DNA of 63,998 nucleotides, the filler included, from Sandaracinaceae bacterium (lineage in GTDB: Bacteria > Myxococcota_A > Polyangia > Polyangiales > JADJQN01), in assembly GCA_947483975.1 (NCBI GenBank). It is 11 parts of 11 records of this genome, joined end to end, with 100 filler letters (N's around TTAATTAATTAA, not from the genome) between each part and the next. Parts side by side here need not be neighbours in the genome. Positions count along the whole stretch, not along the records: positions 36,684 to 42,628 come from CANKOL010000322.1; positions 42,729 to 48,667 come from CANKOL010000323.1; positions 48,768 to 54,696 come from CANKOL010000324.1; 8 more parts are not named here. One strand, 5' to 3'. This document shows, piece by piece, positions 40,472-50,828 of the stretch (positions within the stretch are counted from its first letter, which is position 1; every line of letters begins with the position of its first letter). Under the pieces are notes generated by a model. It ran no database searches, was not told the DNA's origin, and was given only the letters and a program-made list of their open reading frames with translations. The translations under genes and the position numbers were made by a program.

Positions 40472-41626
40472 TCAGTGGGTGGTCGGCGCGTCGCCGACGG
40501 CGGGGCTCGCCTCGTCGCCGAGCAGCACCTGCTCGATGATCTCGAGGCCGTAGGCGTCGACGCCCGCGACGCGGCGCGGGCGGTTGGTCAGCAGCCGGAT
40601 GCGCTTCAGGCCGAGGTCGGCGAGCACCTGCGCGCCGATGCCGAACTCGCGCAGCACGAGGCCGTTCTCTTCGACGGGCGCCGCGGGGAGCTCCTGCCCC
40701 GTGTGGTAGGCGAGGTCGCGCGCGATGTCGACGCGCCCCGGCACGAAGAGCAGCACGCCCGCGCCCTCCGCCTCGATGCGCGCGACGGCGTCCGCCGCGA
40801 CGACGCGCTGCCCGCCGCGCGCGCCGAACACATCCCCGAGCACGCTCCCGGTGTGCACGCGCACGAGCGTCCCGCGCGCCTCGTCGAGGTCGCCCAGCTG
40901 CAGCGCGAGGAACTGCCGGCTCTCGACGGCCGACTCGTACGCGAAGGCCTTCCACACGCGCCCGCTCGCCATCGGGACCTCGCCCGAGAGCACGCGCGTC
41001 ACGAGGCGCTCGGTCTGCAGGCGATACTGGATCAGCTCGGCGATCGAGAGGATCCGCAGGCCGTGCTTCTCGGCGAACTCCTTGCACTCCGGCATCCGCG
41101 CCATCGTGCCGTCGTCGTTCATGATCTCGCAGATCACGCCCGACGCATCGAGCCCCGCGAGGCGCGCGAGGTCGACGGAGCCCTCGGTGTGCCCCGTGCG
41201 CTGCAGCACGCCGCCCGGGCGCGCGCGCAGCGGGAAGATGTGCCCGGGGCTGACGAGGTCCGACGGACGCGCGTCCTTCGCGACGGCGGTGCGCACCGTG
41301 TGCGAGCGGTCCGCGGCGCTGATGCCGGTCGTGACGCCGTGCCGCGCCTCGATGCTGATGGTGAACGCGGTCGTGCGCGACGAGCGGTTCTCGTCGACCA
41401 TCATCGGCAGGTCCAGCTGCCGGACCTTCTCCTCGCTCAGCGTCAGGCAGATCAGGCCGCGCGCGTACTTGGCCATGAAGTTCACGGCCTCGGGCGTGAC
41501 CTTCTCGGCCGCCATGCAGAGGTCGCCCTCGTTCTCGCGGTCCTCGTCGTCGACGAGGATGACGAGGCGACCCGCGCGGATGTCCTCGAGCGCCCGGTGT
41601 ACACGTTCGATCGAGTCTGCGCGCAT
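40472..41626 (-). CDS. ribB: DHBP synthase RibB fused to a degenerate GTP cyclohydrolase II domain (RibBX type)
   Basis: DDEDRENEGD, TTGISA, GHTE, CEIMNDDG; the C-terminal RVHTGSVLGDVFG lacks the Zn-binding Cys residues. Confidence 0.92.
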   Translation of the reverse strand: MRADSIERVHRALEDIRAGRLVILVDDEDRENEGDLCMAAEKVTPEAVNFMAKYARGLICLTLSEEKVRQLDLPMMVDENRSSRTTAFTISIEARHGVTTGISAADRSHTVRTAVAKDARPSDLVSPGHIFPLRARPGGVLQRTGHTEGSVDLARLAGLDASGVICEIMNDDGTMARMPECKEFAEKHGLRILSIAELIQYRLQTERLVTRVLSGEVPMASGRVWKAFAYESAVESRQFLALQLGDLDEARGTLVRVHTGSVLGDVFGARGGQRVVAADAVARIEAEGAGVLLFVPGRVDIARDLAYHTGQELPAAPVEENGLVLREFGIGAQVLADLGLKRIRLLTNRPRRVAGVDAYGLEIIEQVLLGDEASPAVGDAPTTH

Positions 41627-41698
41627 CGCGTTGTCAGCCTTCCCGGTCCCACGAGCTTCGAGAGAGGTCAGCCGCGCGCGAACCGCCCGGCGAGCGGC

Positions 41699-42367
41699 CT
41701 AGAGATAGCCGGTGCGCGAGAGTAGGTCCAGCATCGCCGCGTCGCCAGTTCCAGTCGGTAGCTCCGACGGCAGCCCATCGACGCCCGCGCGCCCGAGCAG
41801 CCGCGCGACGTACTTGCCGAGCACGTCCACCTCGAGGTTCACGCTGCGCCCGAGCGGCCCGCGGTCGAGGTGCGTCGCCGCGCGCGTGTACTGCACGAGC
41901 ACGACGTCGAAGCGCGTCCCCTGCGCGCCGTTGACCGTCAGCGAGACGCCGTCGACGGTGATGCTCCCCTTCGGCGCGAGGAACGGCGCGAGGCGCTCGG
42001 GCACCTCGTACACGACCTTCAGCGCCTCGCCGAGGGGCTCCATCGCGACGACCTTGCCGACGCCGTCGACGTGCCCCGAGACGAGGTGCCCGCCGAGCCT
42101 GTCGCCGAGGCGCAGCGCGCGCTCGAGGTGCACGGGCTGCCCTGCCGTCGCGCCGCTCAGCGTCGTCTTGGCGAGGGTCTCTGCCGACGCGTCGCAGGTG
42201 TAGCCGCCCGGCAGGAGCCTCGTGACGGTCAGGCACACGCCGTCGGTCGCGATCGACTCGCCGAGCTCGAGCGGCGAGAACGTGCACGCGATGTCGAAGC
42301 GCGCGCCGAGCGCCCCGCGGTCGACGCGTCGAATGGTGCCGAGCTCTGCGACCAAGCCTGAGAACAT
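41699..42367 (-). CDS. ribE: Riboflavin synthase alpha chain
   Basis: MFSGLV, GVCLTV, GGHLVSGHVDG, KGSITVDGVSLTVN. Confidence 0.95.
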   Translation of the reverse strand: MFSGLVAELGTIRRVDRGALGARFDIACTFSPLELGESIATDGVCLTVTRLLPGGYTCDASAETLAKTTLSGATAGQPVHLERALRLGDRLGGHLVSGHVDGVGKVVAMEPLGEALKVVYEVPERLAPFLAPKGSITVDGVSLTVNGAQGTRFDVVLVQYTRAATHLDRGPLGRSVNLEVDVLGKYVARLLGRAGVDGLPSELPTGTGDAAMLDLLSRTGYL

Positions 42368-42407
42368 CGCGCCTATCTAGCGTGCGGGGCGCCGGGCGGC
42401 GAGGCGC

Positions 42408-42628
42408 TCACGCACGCTGCGCGCGCCGCGGCTCGTCGTCCCACGGCGACGGGCGCGGGACGTCGCCCGTGATCAGCACATCGTCGCCGAGGCGCTTGAT
42501 GCTCACGTCGGTCAGCCGGAGCGCGTTCGTGATGCTGTCGACGCCGCGCCCGCGCGCGAGCGGCACGGCGTCCGCGTCGCCGAGCAGCACCGGCGCGACG
42601 AACACCGCGACGCAGTCCACGAAGCCCC
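42408..42628 (-). CDS. ribD: RibD reductase domain, C-terminal fragment
   Basis: FVAPVLLG...LGDDVLITG; position upstream of ribE. Confidence 0.75.
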
Positions 42629-42728
42629 NNNNNNNNNNNNNNNNNNNNNNNNNNNNNNNNNNNNNNNNNNNNTTAATTAATTAANNNNNNNNNNNNNNNN
42701 NNNNNNNNNNNNNNNNNNNNNNNNNNNN

Positions 42729-42835
42729 CCGGCGTCGCGCGCGCCCCCGTCGTCGAGCATCAGGTCCGCGGAGAGCGGCTCCGCGAGGCAGTTTCCAACG
42801 ACCGACGCGATCAATACGAGTGCGAGCTTGCCCAT
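42729..42835 (-). CDS. Putative exported protein N-terminus, truncated
   Basis: GGAGGA RBS then MGKLALVLIASVVGNCLAEP; open to the contig edge. Confidence 0.5.
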
Positions 42836-42946
42836 GTTTCCTCCACCTTCTGCGGAGTAGGTGGAGGGCTCGGGCCGCGATTATGAGCGACGCGCGAAGA
42901 TCGTGCGGCGCGTCAGGGTCTCCGCGCCTCGACGCGTCGCGGCGCC

Positions 42947-43357
42947 TCAGCGCTGGTTGCGCTGATACTCCGCCGGCACGACGCACGTCCCCGTCGCGCG
43001 ACAGACGACGACGGGCGGGCTGAGCACGTTCGCCGCGCTCGGCGCGACGCCGGGCTCCCCGCGGACGTTCTCGATCACCTTGCGCGCCTCGAAGCGCATC
43101 TTGCGGCTCGACTTGCCCATCGAGACGAGCTCGCCCTCGACCTCGAGGTAGTCGCCCGCGCGCACCGGCGCGAGAAACTCGACGCTGTCGTAGGCGCGGA
43201 ACAAGCCCTCATCGCCGTCGAGGCGGATCAGCAGCTCCGTCGCGACGTCGCCGAAGAGCTGCAGGCACTTCGCGCCGTCGACGAGCTCGCCCGCGTAGTG
43301 CGCGTCGTGCGCGCCGATGCGCAGCCGGAGGACGACCTTCAGGTTTTGCTCACTCAT
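42947..43357 (-). CDS. kal: 3-aminobutyryl-CoA ammonia-lyase (hotdog fold)
   Basis: [37 protein letters not shown]. Confidence 0.9.
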   Translation of the reverse strand: MSEQNLKVVLRLRIGAHDAHYAGELVDGAKCLQLFGDVATELLIRLDGDEGLFRAYDSVEFLAPVRAGDYLEVEGELVSMGKSSRKMRFEARKVIENVRGEPGVAPSAANVLSPPVVVCRATGTCVVPAEYQRNQR

Positions 43358-44141
43358 GCGCTGTTCCCGCCTTTCCTGGAAATGCCGAGGCTCGCTGCCG
43401 GTCGATCATGCGCGTCATCAAGTAAGCGGCGACGTGCTTCGGCAGCGTCCCCGGGCCGAAGCCCGCGTCGAAGCCCAGCTCGAGCGCGAGCTTGTGATCC
43501 ACGCGCGGTCCGCCGAAGACGAGCAAGAAGCGCTCGCGCACGCCCTCCCGCTTCATCAGCTCGACGAGCGCGCGGGCGTTCTCTTTGTGCGAGTTGCGCT
43601 GCGTGATCACCTGGCTGACGAGGATCGCGTCGGCGCCGACGGCGAGCGCGCGCGCGAGCAGCGCCTCGTTCTCCACCTGCGCGCCGAGGTTGTGCGTGTC
43701 GAACCACTTGTACGACTCGAGGCCCTTGTCGCCCGCGTAGCCCTTCATGTTCAGGATCGCGTCGATGCCGACGGTGTGCGCGTCGGAGCCCGTGCACGCG
43801 CCGACGACGACGACCTTGCGGCCGATGCGCTCCTCGATGCGGTGCTCGATCTCTTTCTTGTCGAGGTCCGGGATGTCGACCTCGGGCACCTCGATCTTCG
43901 AGAGATCGACGTGATGCACGCTGTGCCCATAGACGACGAAGTACGTGAAGCCCGGGCCGCACTCCTCCATCGCCGTGACGAGCGCTTCCTTCAGCCCGTG
44001 CGCCTCGGCGAATTGCCGCGCGGCCTCCTTGGCGATCGCGCTCGGCGGCACCTGCAGCGTGAAGCTCATCTGCACCATGCCGTCGCCGTCGCGATCGCCA
44101 TAGGCGCGGAGCAGGTGCGGACTCGTCGGGTGTCCCATCAT
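43350..44141 (-). CDS. kamE: Lysine 5,6-aminomutase beta subunit (B12-binding)
   Basis: [48 protein letters not shown] overlap with kamD. Confidence 0.92.
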   Translation of the reverse strand: MMGHPTSPHLLRAYGDRDGDGMVQMSFTLQVPPSAIAKEAARQFAEAHGLKEALVTAMEECGPGFTYFVVYGHSVHHVDLSKIEVPEVDIPDLDKKEIEHRIEERIGRKVVVVGACTGSDAHTVGIDAILNMKGYAGDKGLESYKWFDTHNLGAQVENEALLARALAVGADAILVSQVITQRNSHKENARALVELMKREGVRERFLLVFGGPRVDHKLALELGFDAGFGPGTLPKHVAAYLMTRMIDRQRASAFPGKAGTAHE

Positions 44142-45706
44142 GCCCTCCCTTCGAGCGCGTCGAGCAGCGGATTGACGTACTCGGCCGCGCGCGCCGTCAC
44201 GCCGGCGAGCCCCTTGCCGCCGTCGCGGGCGCGCTTGACTTCCGCGAAGGCGCCGCGCGCGATCGCGTCCCAGATGCCCTCGCGCTGCACCTCGACGAGC
44301 ATCGCGTGCGCGTTGGCGAGGACCTCCTGCGCGCGGCGCTCGATGATGCCGTCCTTCTTGAACTCGAGCTCTTCGCCGAGGTGCTTGGCCGCGCTGAAGA
44401 TGTAGCGCGCGCTCTTCAGCGACAGATACCGATCCATCAAGAGGGGATTGTGGATCGCCTCGGTGAACATCCCGAGCAGCTCGATCGACTGATTCGTCGT
44501 GACGCCGACGAGGTTGTAGAGCGCGTCGTGCACGTGGCTGTGGAAGATGTCGCCCGTCTTGTGCTTGGTCGGCGGCATCCACTTGATCGGGTGCTTCGGG
44601 AACAGCTGCCGCACGAGCTGCGCCTGCGAGAGCTCGAGGAGGAACGAGTCCTCGATCCACGGGTTGATCTCGTACGCGTGCCCGAGCCCGAGCTGCTCGT
44701 CGGCGACGCCCGCGCGGTGCGCGAACGCCTCGTTGATGAACTGCGACGAGAGCACCGTGTGCGCGGCCTCGACGGCGTCGGCGGTGGTGAGGTAGTTGTC
44801 TTCGCCGGTGTTCACGACGATCTTCGCGCGCGCGATCAAGCGGCGCGAGAAGTACTGATCGACGAACGTCCGCTCCATGTTGATGTCGCGGAACAGAATC
44901 CCGTACATCGAGTCGTTGAGCAGCATATCGAGGCGCTCGACGGCCGCCATCCACGCGATCTCGCTCATGCAGAGGCCCGACGAGTAGTTCGTCTGCATCA
45001 CGTAGCGAGAGAGCTCCGCGCCCGCCGCGTCGAGGGCCTCGCGCACGATCTTGAAGTTCGCCTGCGTCGCGTAGGTGCCGCCGTAGCCCTCGGTCGTCGG
45101 GCCGTGCGGGACGTAGTCGAGGAGCGACTGCGCCGTCGCGCGGATCACCGCGACGACGTCCGCGCCGCCGTGCGCCGCGCTCTTGGCCTGCACCGCGTCG
45201 TCGTAGATGTTGCCCGTCGCGACGATCACGTACTTGTGCGGCGTCGGCCCCATCGCGAGGCGCTCGCGCTTGCCGTCGCGCTCGTGCACGGCCGCGTCGA
45301 TGCGGGCGAGCGCGGCGAGCGTCGGCGCCGCGAGGGCCGCCTGGATCTGCGCGAGCGTCTCGGGGCCCGAGGGATCGACGGGCGCCGCGCCGTACGCGAG
45401 GCGCTCGGCGGCCTCTTGCAGCGAGGGCGCGCCCCGCAGAAGCTCGCGCCCGAGGAAGAACGCGATGCCGCGCCCGAGCAGCTTCTGCGCGTGCACCCGC
45501 TCGACGAGCAGGTTCACGAGCGGCGCGCCCTGGTCGTCGGCCCCGTCGATGCCGTACGCCCGCGCGACCGTGCGCTCGACGCCGACGGTCGTGTGCCGAT
45601 CGATGAAGCCCTGCACCTCGTCGGCGATCTCTGCTGCGAGCCGCCGACAATCTGCGACCACCGACTCGTCCATGGGTACGCGCGCCATCGGGGGCCGTTC
45701 TAACAT
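44138..45706 (-). CDS. kamD: Lysine 5,6-aminomutase alpha subunit
   Basis: HTTVGVER, YVIVATGNIYDD, QSLLDYVP, NYSSGLCMSE, NTGEDNY. Confidence 0.93.
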   Translation of the reverse strand: MLERPPMARVPMDESVVADCRRLAAEIADEVQGFIDRHTTVGVERTVARAYGIDGADDQGAPLVNLLVERVHAQKLLGRGIAFFLGRELLRGAPSLQEAAERLAYGAAPVDPSGPETLAQIQAALAAPTLAALARIDAAVHERDGKRERLAMGPTPHKYVIVATGNIYDDAVQAKSAAHGGADVVAVIRATAQSLLDYVPHGPTTEGYGGTYATQANFKIVREALDAAGAELSRYVMQTNYSSGLCMSEIAWMAAVERLDMLLNDSMYGILFRDINMERTFVDQYFSRRLIARAKIVVNTGEDNYLTTADAVEAAHTVLSSQFINEAFAHRAGVADEQLGLGHAYEINPWIEDSFLLELSQAQLVRQLFPKHPIKWMPPTKHKTGDIFHSHVHDALYNLVGVTTNQSIELLGMFTEAIHNPLLMDRYLSLKSARYIFSAAKHLGEELEFKKDGIIERRAQEVLANAHAMLVEVQREGIWDAIARGAFAEVKRARDGGKGLAGVTARAAEYVNPLLDALEGRA

Positions 45707-45754
45707 GAGCGCTCGTTCGCGCCCGTGCGCGCCTTTCGGGGTACCATCGCGGCC

Positions 45755-46306
45755 ATGTCAACGCGGGACACGAAGCGGGGCTACGAGGCCCTCGGTGGCG
45801 ACGATGAGAAGACCGTCGTCCGCGCGGAGCCCGTCCAGGCGGTCGAGAAGGTCGAGAAGGTCGAGAAAGCCGAGCGCAAGCCGCCCCTCGACGTGCAGAT
45901 CACGCGCGTGCGCGGCGGCCCCGGTCGCGCGATCGGCGATGAGGCGGCGGGCCTCGGCCCGGTCTTCGAGATCTGGACGCGCAACACGATCTACCTGTGC
46001 GACGTCGCGTTCGTCTGCGTCGAGGTGCGCGACCGCGCGACCGGCCGCCCCGAGGCGCGGCACGCCGTGCTCGGCGCGAAGCTGCTCGGCGGACACAAGC
46101 GCTACGCCAAGACGCTGCACCTCGTGCGTCCGCTCCCGCTGCCGGGCACGCAGGCCGTGTTCCTGCGGAACAACGTGCGCCGCGACGCGCAGGCATACAC
46201 GAGCGCCGTCGAGCGCGTCGTCTTCAACTATCACGCGGTCGCGCTCGAGCTGAGCACCGACCCGCAAGACGCCTGGGCGGATGTCACGAACATGAATCTG
46301 CGCTGA
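45755..46306 (+). CDS. Hypothetical protein
   Basis: GC3-rich ORF; FEIWTRNTIY and TSAVER motifs. Confidence 0.7.
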   Translation: MSTRDTKRGYEALGGDDEKTVVRAEPVQAVEKVEKVEKAERKPPLDVQITRVRGGPGRAIGDEAAGLGPVFEIWTRNTIYLCDVAFVCVEVRDRATGRPEARHAVLGAKLLGGHKRYAKTLHLVRPLPLPGTQAVFLRNNVRRDAQAYTSAVERVVFNYHAVALELSTDPQDAWADVTNMNLR

Positions 46307-46342
46307 AGGCGGGCGTTGCGTGTCTGCTAGCATCGGCCGTCC

Positions 46343-48100
46343 ATGCATGTCGTCGTAGCCACTGCCACGACCGCGCTCGAGCGCGCGCTCGCGCGGCCGC
46401 TCGAGGCAGCCGGTCACGAGGTCATCCGCGTGCGGACGGGCGCGGAGCTCGCGGCGAAGCTCGCGGGGCATCCGAGGCCGTCGGCGGCGTTCGTCGCGCG
46501 GAGGCTGCAGGGCGGCGACGCGCTCGCCCTCGCGCTCGCGGGGGACGTCCCGCTCGTGCTCGTGTCGGCGGACGAGGAGGACCGCGACGCCGCGCACGCC
46601 GCGCGGCTCGCGGGCTTTCTGCGCGTGCCGTTCGCGCCGTCCGAGGTGCTCGCGTCGCTCGGCGTCTCGACCCGCACCAAGCGCGTCGTCTTGCTCGCCG
46701 ACGACAGCGACCTCGTGCACCGGCACACGACGCCGATCCTCGAGGAGGCGGGCTACGAGGTCGTGCACGCCTACGACGGCGACCAAGCGCTCGCGCTGCT
46801 GCCGGAGGTGCGCCCCGACCTCGTCATCACCGACGTCGAGATGCCGGGCAAGGATGGCTACGAGGTCTGCGCCGCGATCAAGCGGCACGAGGGCACGCAG
46901 CACCTGCCCGTCATCATCTGCTCGTCCCTCGGCGAGGCGACGGATCTCGAGCGCGGCTTCGACGTCGGCGCAGACGACTACCTGGTCAAGCCCGTCGTGC
47001 CGGAGGAGCTCGTCTCGAGGGCGCGCGCGCTGCTCGCGGGGATCGAGCTCGCGGGGCGTGAGCGCGTGCTCGTCGTCGACGACTCTCCCGCGATCCGGCA
47101 CCTCGTCGGCGACGCGCTCTCTCGGCAGGGCTTCGCGGTGACGACGGCGTTCGACGGGCTCGACGGCTGGGAGCGCGCGCTCTCGTCGGTACCGCCGTTC
47201 GACCTCGTCGTCACCGACTACGATATGCCGCGCATGACGGGCTTCGAGCTCGTGCACGCGCTGAAGAACGACGACCGCCTGCGCAGCACGCCGGTGCTGA
47301 TGCTGACGGCGCGCGACACCAAGCGCGACCAAGCGCAGATGCGCGCGGCGGGGCTCAACGCCTATCTCGTCAAGCCGTTCGGCGCGGACAAGTGCGTCGC
47401 GCTCGTCGAGCGGATGCTCGCGGAGCGGCGCCTCCGCGCCTACAAAGAGGCCTCGCGGCTCTACATCAGCGACGGCGCGGTGCGCGCCGCCGAGGCGCAG
47501 GCGGAGAGCAATCAGCTCTTCGCGTATCGCGCGCACGAGCTGGAGCTCTCGGTGCTCTTCAGCGACATCGTCGGCTTCACGTCGATGTCGAGCGTGCTCC
47601 CGGCGCCGCAGGTCGTGGAGCTGCTCAACGGCTTCTTCGACGCGATGTGCCCGATCATCAAGACGCGCGGCGGCGACATCGACAAGTTCATCGGCGACGC
47701 GATCATGGCGCTCTTCGAGGAGTCCGCGCAGTTCGACGAGCCGCACCCGCTGCGCTGCGTGCGCGCCGCGTGGGAGATGCAGCGCGCGCTCGACGTCTTC
47801 AACGCGAGCCTCGGGCGCGAGCCGCCGCTGCAGATTCGCATCGGCGTCAACACGGGGCCCGCCGTGCGCGGCGACATCGGGAGTCGCTACGTGCGGCGCG
47901 ACTACACCGCGATCGGCGACACCGTGAATCGCGCGCAGCGCTACGAGGCGAACGCGCCCCGCGGCGGCGTGCTGATCAGCGCCGAGACGTACGCGCGCGT
48001 GAAGGCCTCGGTCACCTGTGAGACAGTCACCGGGCTGAAGCTCAAGGGCATCGAGACTCCGATCACGGCGTACGTCGTGACGGGAATCGTGGGAGGCTGA
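46343..48100 (+). CDS. Class III adenylate/guanylate cyclase with three N-terminal receiver domains
   Basis: One degenerate REC plus two intact REC (ITDVEMP, VTDYDMP); FSDIVGFT, DKFIGD, GDTVNRAQR. Confidence 0.92.
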   Translation: MHVVVATATTALERALARPLEAAGHEVIRVRTGAELAAKLAGHPRPSAAFVARRLQGGDALALALAGDVPLVLVSADEEDRDAAHAARLAGFLRVPFAPSEVLASLGVSTRTKRVVLLADDSDLVHRHTTPILEEAGYEVVHAYDGDQALALLPEVRPDLVITDVEMPGKDGYEVCAAIKRHEGTQHLPVIICSSLGEATDLERGFDVGADDYLVKPVVPEELVSRARALLAGIELAGRERVLVVDDSPAIRHLVGDALSRQGFAVTTAFDGLDGWERALSSVPPFDLVVTDYDMPRMTGFELVHALKNDDRLRSTPVLMLTARDTKRDQAQMRAAGLNAYLVKPFGADKCVALVERMLAERRLRAYKEASRLYISDGAVRAAEAQAESNQLFAYRAHELELSVLFSDIVGFTSMSSVLPAPQVVELLNGFFDAMCPIIKTRGGDIDKFIGDAIMALFEESAQFDEPHPLRCVRAAWEMQRALDVFNASLGREPPLQIRIGVNTGPAVRGDIGSRYVRRDYTAIGDTVNRAQRYEANAPRGGVLISAETYARVKASVTCETVTGLKLKGIETPITAYVVTGIVGG

Positions 48101-48104
48101 GCGC

Positions 48105-48667
48105 GTGGCGGCCCGTATCCGTGTGCTGGTCGTGGATGACAGCGCCTTCATGCGCGCGGCGGTCTCTCGCGCGCTCGGGGCGGACCCGCGCCTCGAGGTG
48201 GTCGGGCAAGCGCGCGATGGGCAAGACGCCGTCGAGCGCGCGCGCGTGCTGCTGCCCGACGTCGTGACGATGGACTTCAACATGCCGCGGTTGAACGGCG
48301 CGGAGGCGATCCGCGCGATCTTCGCCGAGCGCCCCGTGCCCGTCGTGATGCTGAGCGCGCACACGACGACGGGCGCGCGAGAGACGGTGGAGGCGCTCTC
48401 GGCGGGCGCCGTGGACTTCGTGGCGAAGCCGGCGGGCGAGGTCAGCGTCGACCTCAGCGGCGTGCAGGAGCAGCTGATCGAGAAGGTGATCGCGGCGGCG
48501 AGCGCGCGGCTGACTTGGCCGACGCCGTTCGCGCCGAACGTCGAGGCGACGACGGGCGGGCGGGCGAGCCTGGAGCGCGCTGGTATGGAGCGCGCGACCT
48601 TGAATTTGCGGGGGAAGGACCTCGCCGCCATCGTCGCCGCCGCGGACGCGCGCATCGCGGCGACGGA
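48105..48667 (+). CDS. CheB-like response regulator, N-terminal REC (truncated)
   Basis: IRVLVVDDSAFMR, DVVTMDFNMP, GAVDFVAKP; the methylesterase domain is not visible. Confidence 0.75.
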
Positions 48668-48903
48668 NNNNNNNNNNNNNNNNNNNNNNNNNNNNNNNNN
48701 NNNNNNNNNNNTTAATTAATTAANNNNNNNNNNNNNNNNNNNNNNNNNNNNNNNNNNNNNNNNNNNNGTGCTGTCCCGGCGCCATCAACCTCCAGCGTCC
48801 CGCTGTGACGACCCCGGTGGCGCGGAGGGCCTCGCCTCACCAACTTGCCCGTCCCAGTTCCCGTGTCGCGCAGCGCCTGCGCTTCGGCGGTCAGGTGAGA
48901 GCC

Positions 48904-49614
48904 TCATGGCGCGGCAGCCGGCACCGGGCGCTCCTGTTGATGGGGGCGGATCCGCCCATCCTCCATCTCGTAGAGCACATCGAACACCTCGAGCGCTCGG
49001 TGGTCGTGGGTGACCACCAAGACCGCAGCGCCGCGGTCGTGCGCGACTTTTCGGAATAGCTCCATGACGCTTCGGCTGCGAACGCTGTCGAGTGCGGCGG
49101 TCGGTTCGTCCGCGAGGATCAGCGAAGGTTCGTTCGCCAAGGCTCTAGCGATGGCCACGCGCTGCTGCTCGCCGCCGCTGAGCATCTCGGGGTACGAGCG
49201 CTCCCGTCCGGCAACATCGAGGTACTCGAGGAGCTCACGAGCACGCTTTCTGCCATCGCTCTTGCCACCGAACTCGCAGGCGATCTCCACGTTCTCCCTC
49301 GCCGTGAGGAACGACGTGAGATTCGCCTTCTGGAACACGAAGCCAAGGTGACGCCTGCGCAGCGCGGCAAGGTCTGCCAGCGGAACGCCGTCCTTCACGA
49401 CGAGGCGCCCCCCGAAAAACACCTCACCCGTATCGGCCGGCGAGACGAAGCCCAAGGCCTTGATGAGGGTGGACTTGCCTGAACCGCTCGGCCCAAGCAA
49501 TGCGGCGACCGTCCCGCGGGCGATCGTCAGGCTGACGTGGTCCAAAGCCTTCACCGCGGCCGGCCCAGTTCCGTACGTTTTGCTCAGGTCCACGGCGCGG
49601 ACTGCGTCTTCCAT
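48904..49614 (-). CDS. ABC transporter ATP-binding protein (LolD/MacB-like)
   Basis: GPSGSGKS, LSGGEQQR, ADEPT, VTHD. Confidence 0.93.
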   Translation of the reverse strand: MEDAVRAVDLSKTYGTGPAAVKALDHVSLTIARGTVAALLGPSGSGKSTLIKALGFVSPADTGEVFFGGRLVVKDGVPLADLAALRRRHLGFVFQKANLTSFLTARENVEIACEFGGKSDGRKRARELLEYLDVAGRERSYPEMLSGGEQQRVAIARALANEPSLILADEPTAALDSVRSRSVMELFRKVAHDRGAAVLVVTHDHRALEVFDVLYEMEDGRIRPHQQERPVPAAAP

Positions 49615-49616
49615 CG

Positions 49617-50828
49617 TCAGCCCTCCAGCGCGGTCGACGGGTCGATGCGCATCACGTGCGTGAGACCGAGGATGCTGGCGAGGGTGACGATGCCCATCGT
49701 CGCGACCGGCGCCACGAGCGAGATGGTCTCCGTGATGAGAACCCGACGAGGGAACATCGGGAAGACAAGCTCGCCCATCGCGAAGGCAACCGCATAGCCC
49801 AGCGCACCCAGCAGCCACGCCTGCTGCAGGATCAGGCCAAGGAGGCGGGTTCGCGGCGCACCCATGAGCTTGAGCACGGCGAGATCGTGCGTCTTCTCGA
49901 GCGTGAGGTTGTACATGACCATCATGATGATCACGGCAGCCGTGAGTGTGAGGATCACGGTGAAGAGCCCGATCTGCATCCGTGCGCGCTGGACGACGCC
50001 ACCGAGGAGCAGTGCCTCCTCCTCGTCCTGCGAGTAGACGCTGACGTCGCCCCAGCTCCGCATGACCTCCCGCACTTCGGCGATCCGATGCGGGTCCGCT
50101 TGGACAAGCACCGCAGCCACGGGGGGCGAAGCAAGCGCAGGCGCACGCCAGCGCGAATCGGTCGCGAGGTCCTCGAGAGCGGGCTGCCCGCGGCCGAGGT
50201 CCGTGCGGCGCAAGCGTGCCACCACGCGCTGACGTTCGAGCACCGCCGCCTCAGCAGGCTGGTCGAAGGCGATGAGCTCGGCATCCGCGACGCTCACGAA
50301 GGCGACGGATTCGCCACCGGAGGTAAGTGCGTTCTTCGTGAGCCCCACCACACGGTACTGCTCGCCTGCGAGTGCGAGCGACTCCCCGATGCCGAGCCCG
50401 AGGGAGGCGTCGACGATCATCTCTCCGTGCGGTTGCTGCAAACGTCGCCCACGCACGAGCGGCAACGAGCGTCCCGGATCGTCTGGCCAGCCGAGCCCGA
50501 CGAGGGCGATGCGCATGACGGCGCCGCGGTGCTCTCGCTGAATGAGCTGATATGTGTACGGCCGTGCTGTGCGCACACCGGGCACTGCCGCGGCTCGTGC
50601 CTCGACGCTTGGGTCGAGCCGCGAACCTTCCGCGAACGGTCCACGAGTGTCGCGCTGGACGAGCCACAGGTCGGCGTGCATCGCGCGGGTCAGGATCGTC
50701 GCGTCATCCACCATTCCCGCGTAGATGCCTTGCATCGCGACGACGACGCTGAGGAGAAGGCCAAGCCCAGCGGCTGTGCCGACGAACCGGGCGAGGTGCC
50801 TGCGGACGTCTCGGAGCGCCAGGTTCAC
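49617..50828 (-). CDS. ABC permease (FtsX/MacB family)
   Basis: NLALRDVRRH start, periplasmic domain, LKLMGA. Confidence 0.9.
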   Translation of the reverse strand: MNLALRDVRRHLARFVGTAAGLGLLLSVVVAMQGIYAGMVDDATILTRAMHADLWLVQRDTRGPFAEGSRLDPSVEARAAAVPGVRTARPYTYQLIQREHRGAVMRIALVGLGWPDDPGRSLPLVRGRRLQQPHGEMIVDASLGLGIGESLALAGEQYRVVGLTKNALTSGGESVAFVSVADAELIAFDQPAEAAVLERQRVVARLRRTDLGRGQPALEDLATDSRWRAPALASPPVAAVLVQADPHRIAEVREVMRSWGDVSVYSQDEEEALLLGGVVQRARMQIGLFTVILTLTAAVIIMMVMYNLTLEKTHDLAVLKLMGAPRTRLLGLILQQAWLLGALGYAVAFAMGELVFPMFPRRVLITETISLVAPVATMGIVTLASILGLTHVMRIDPSTALEG

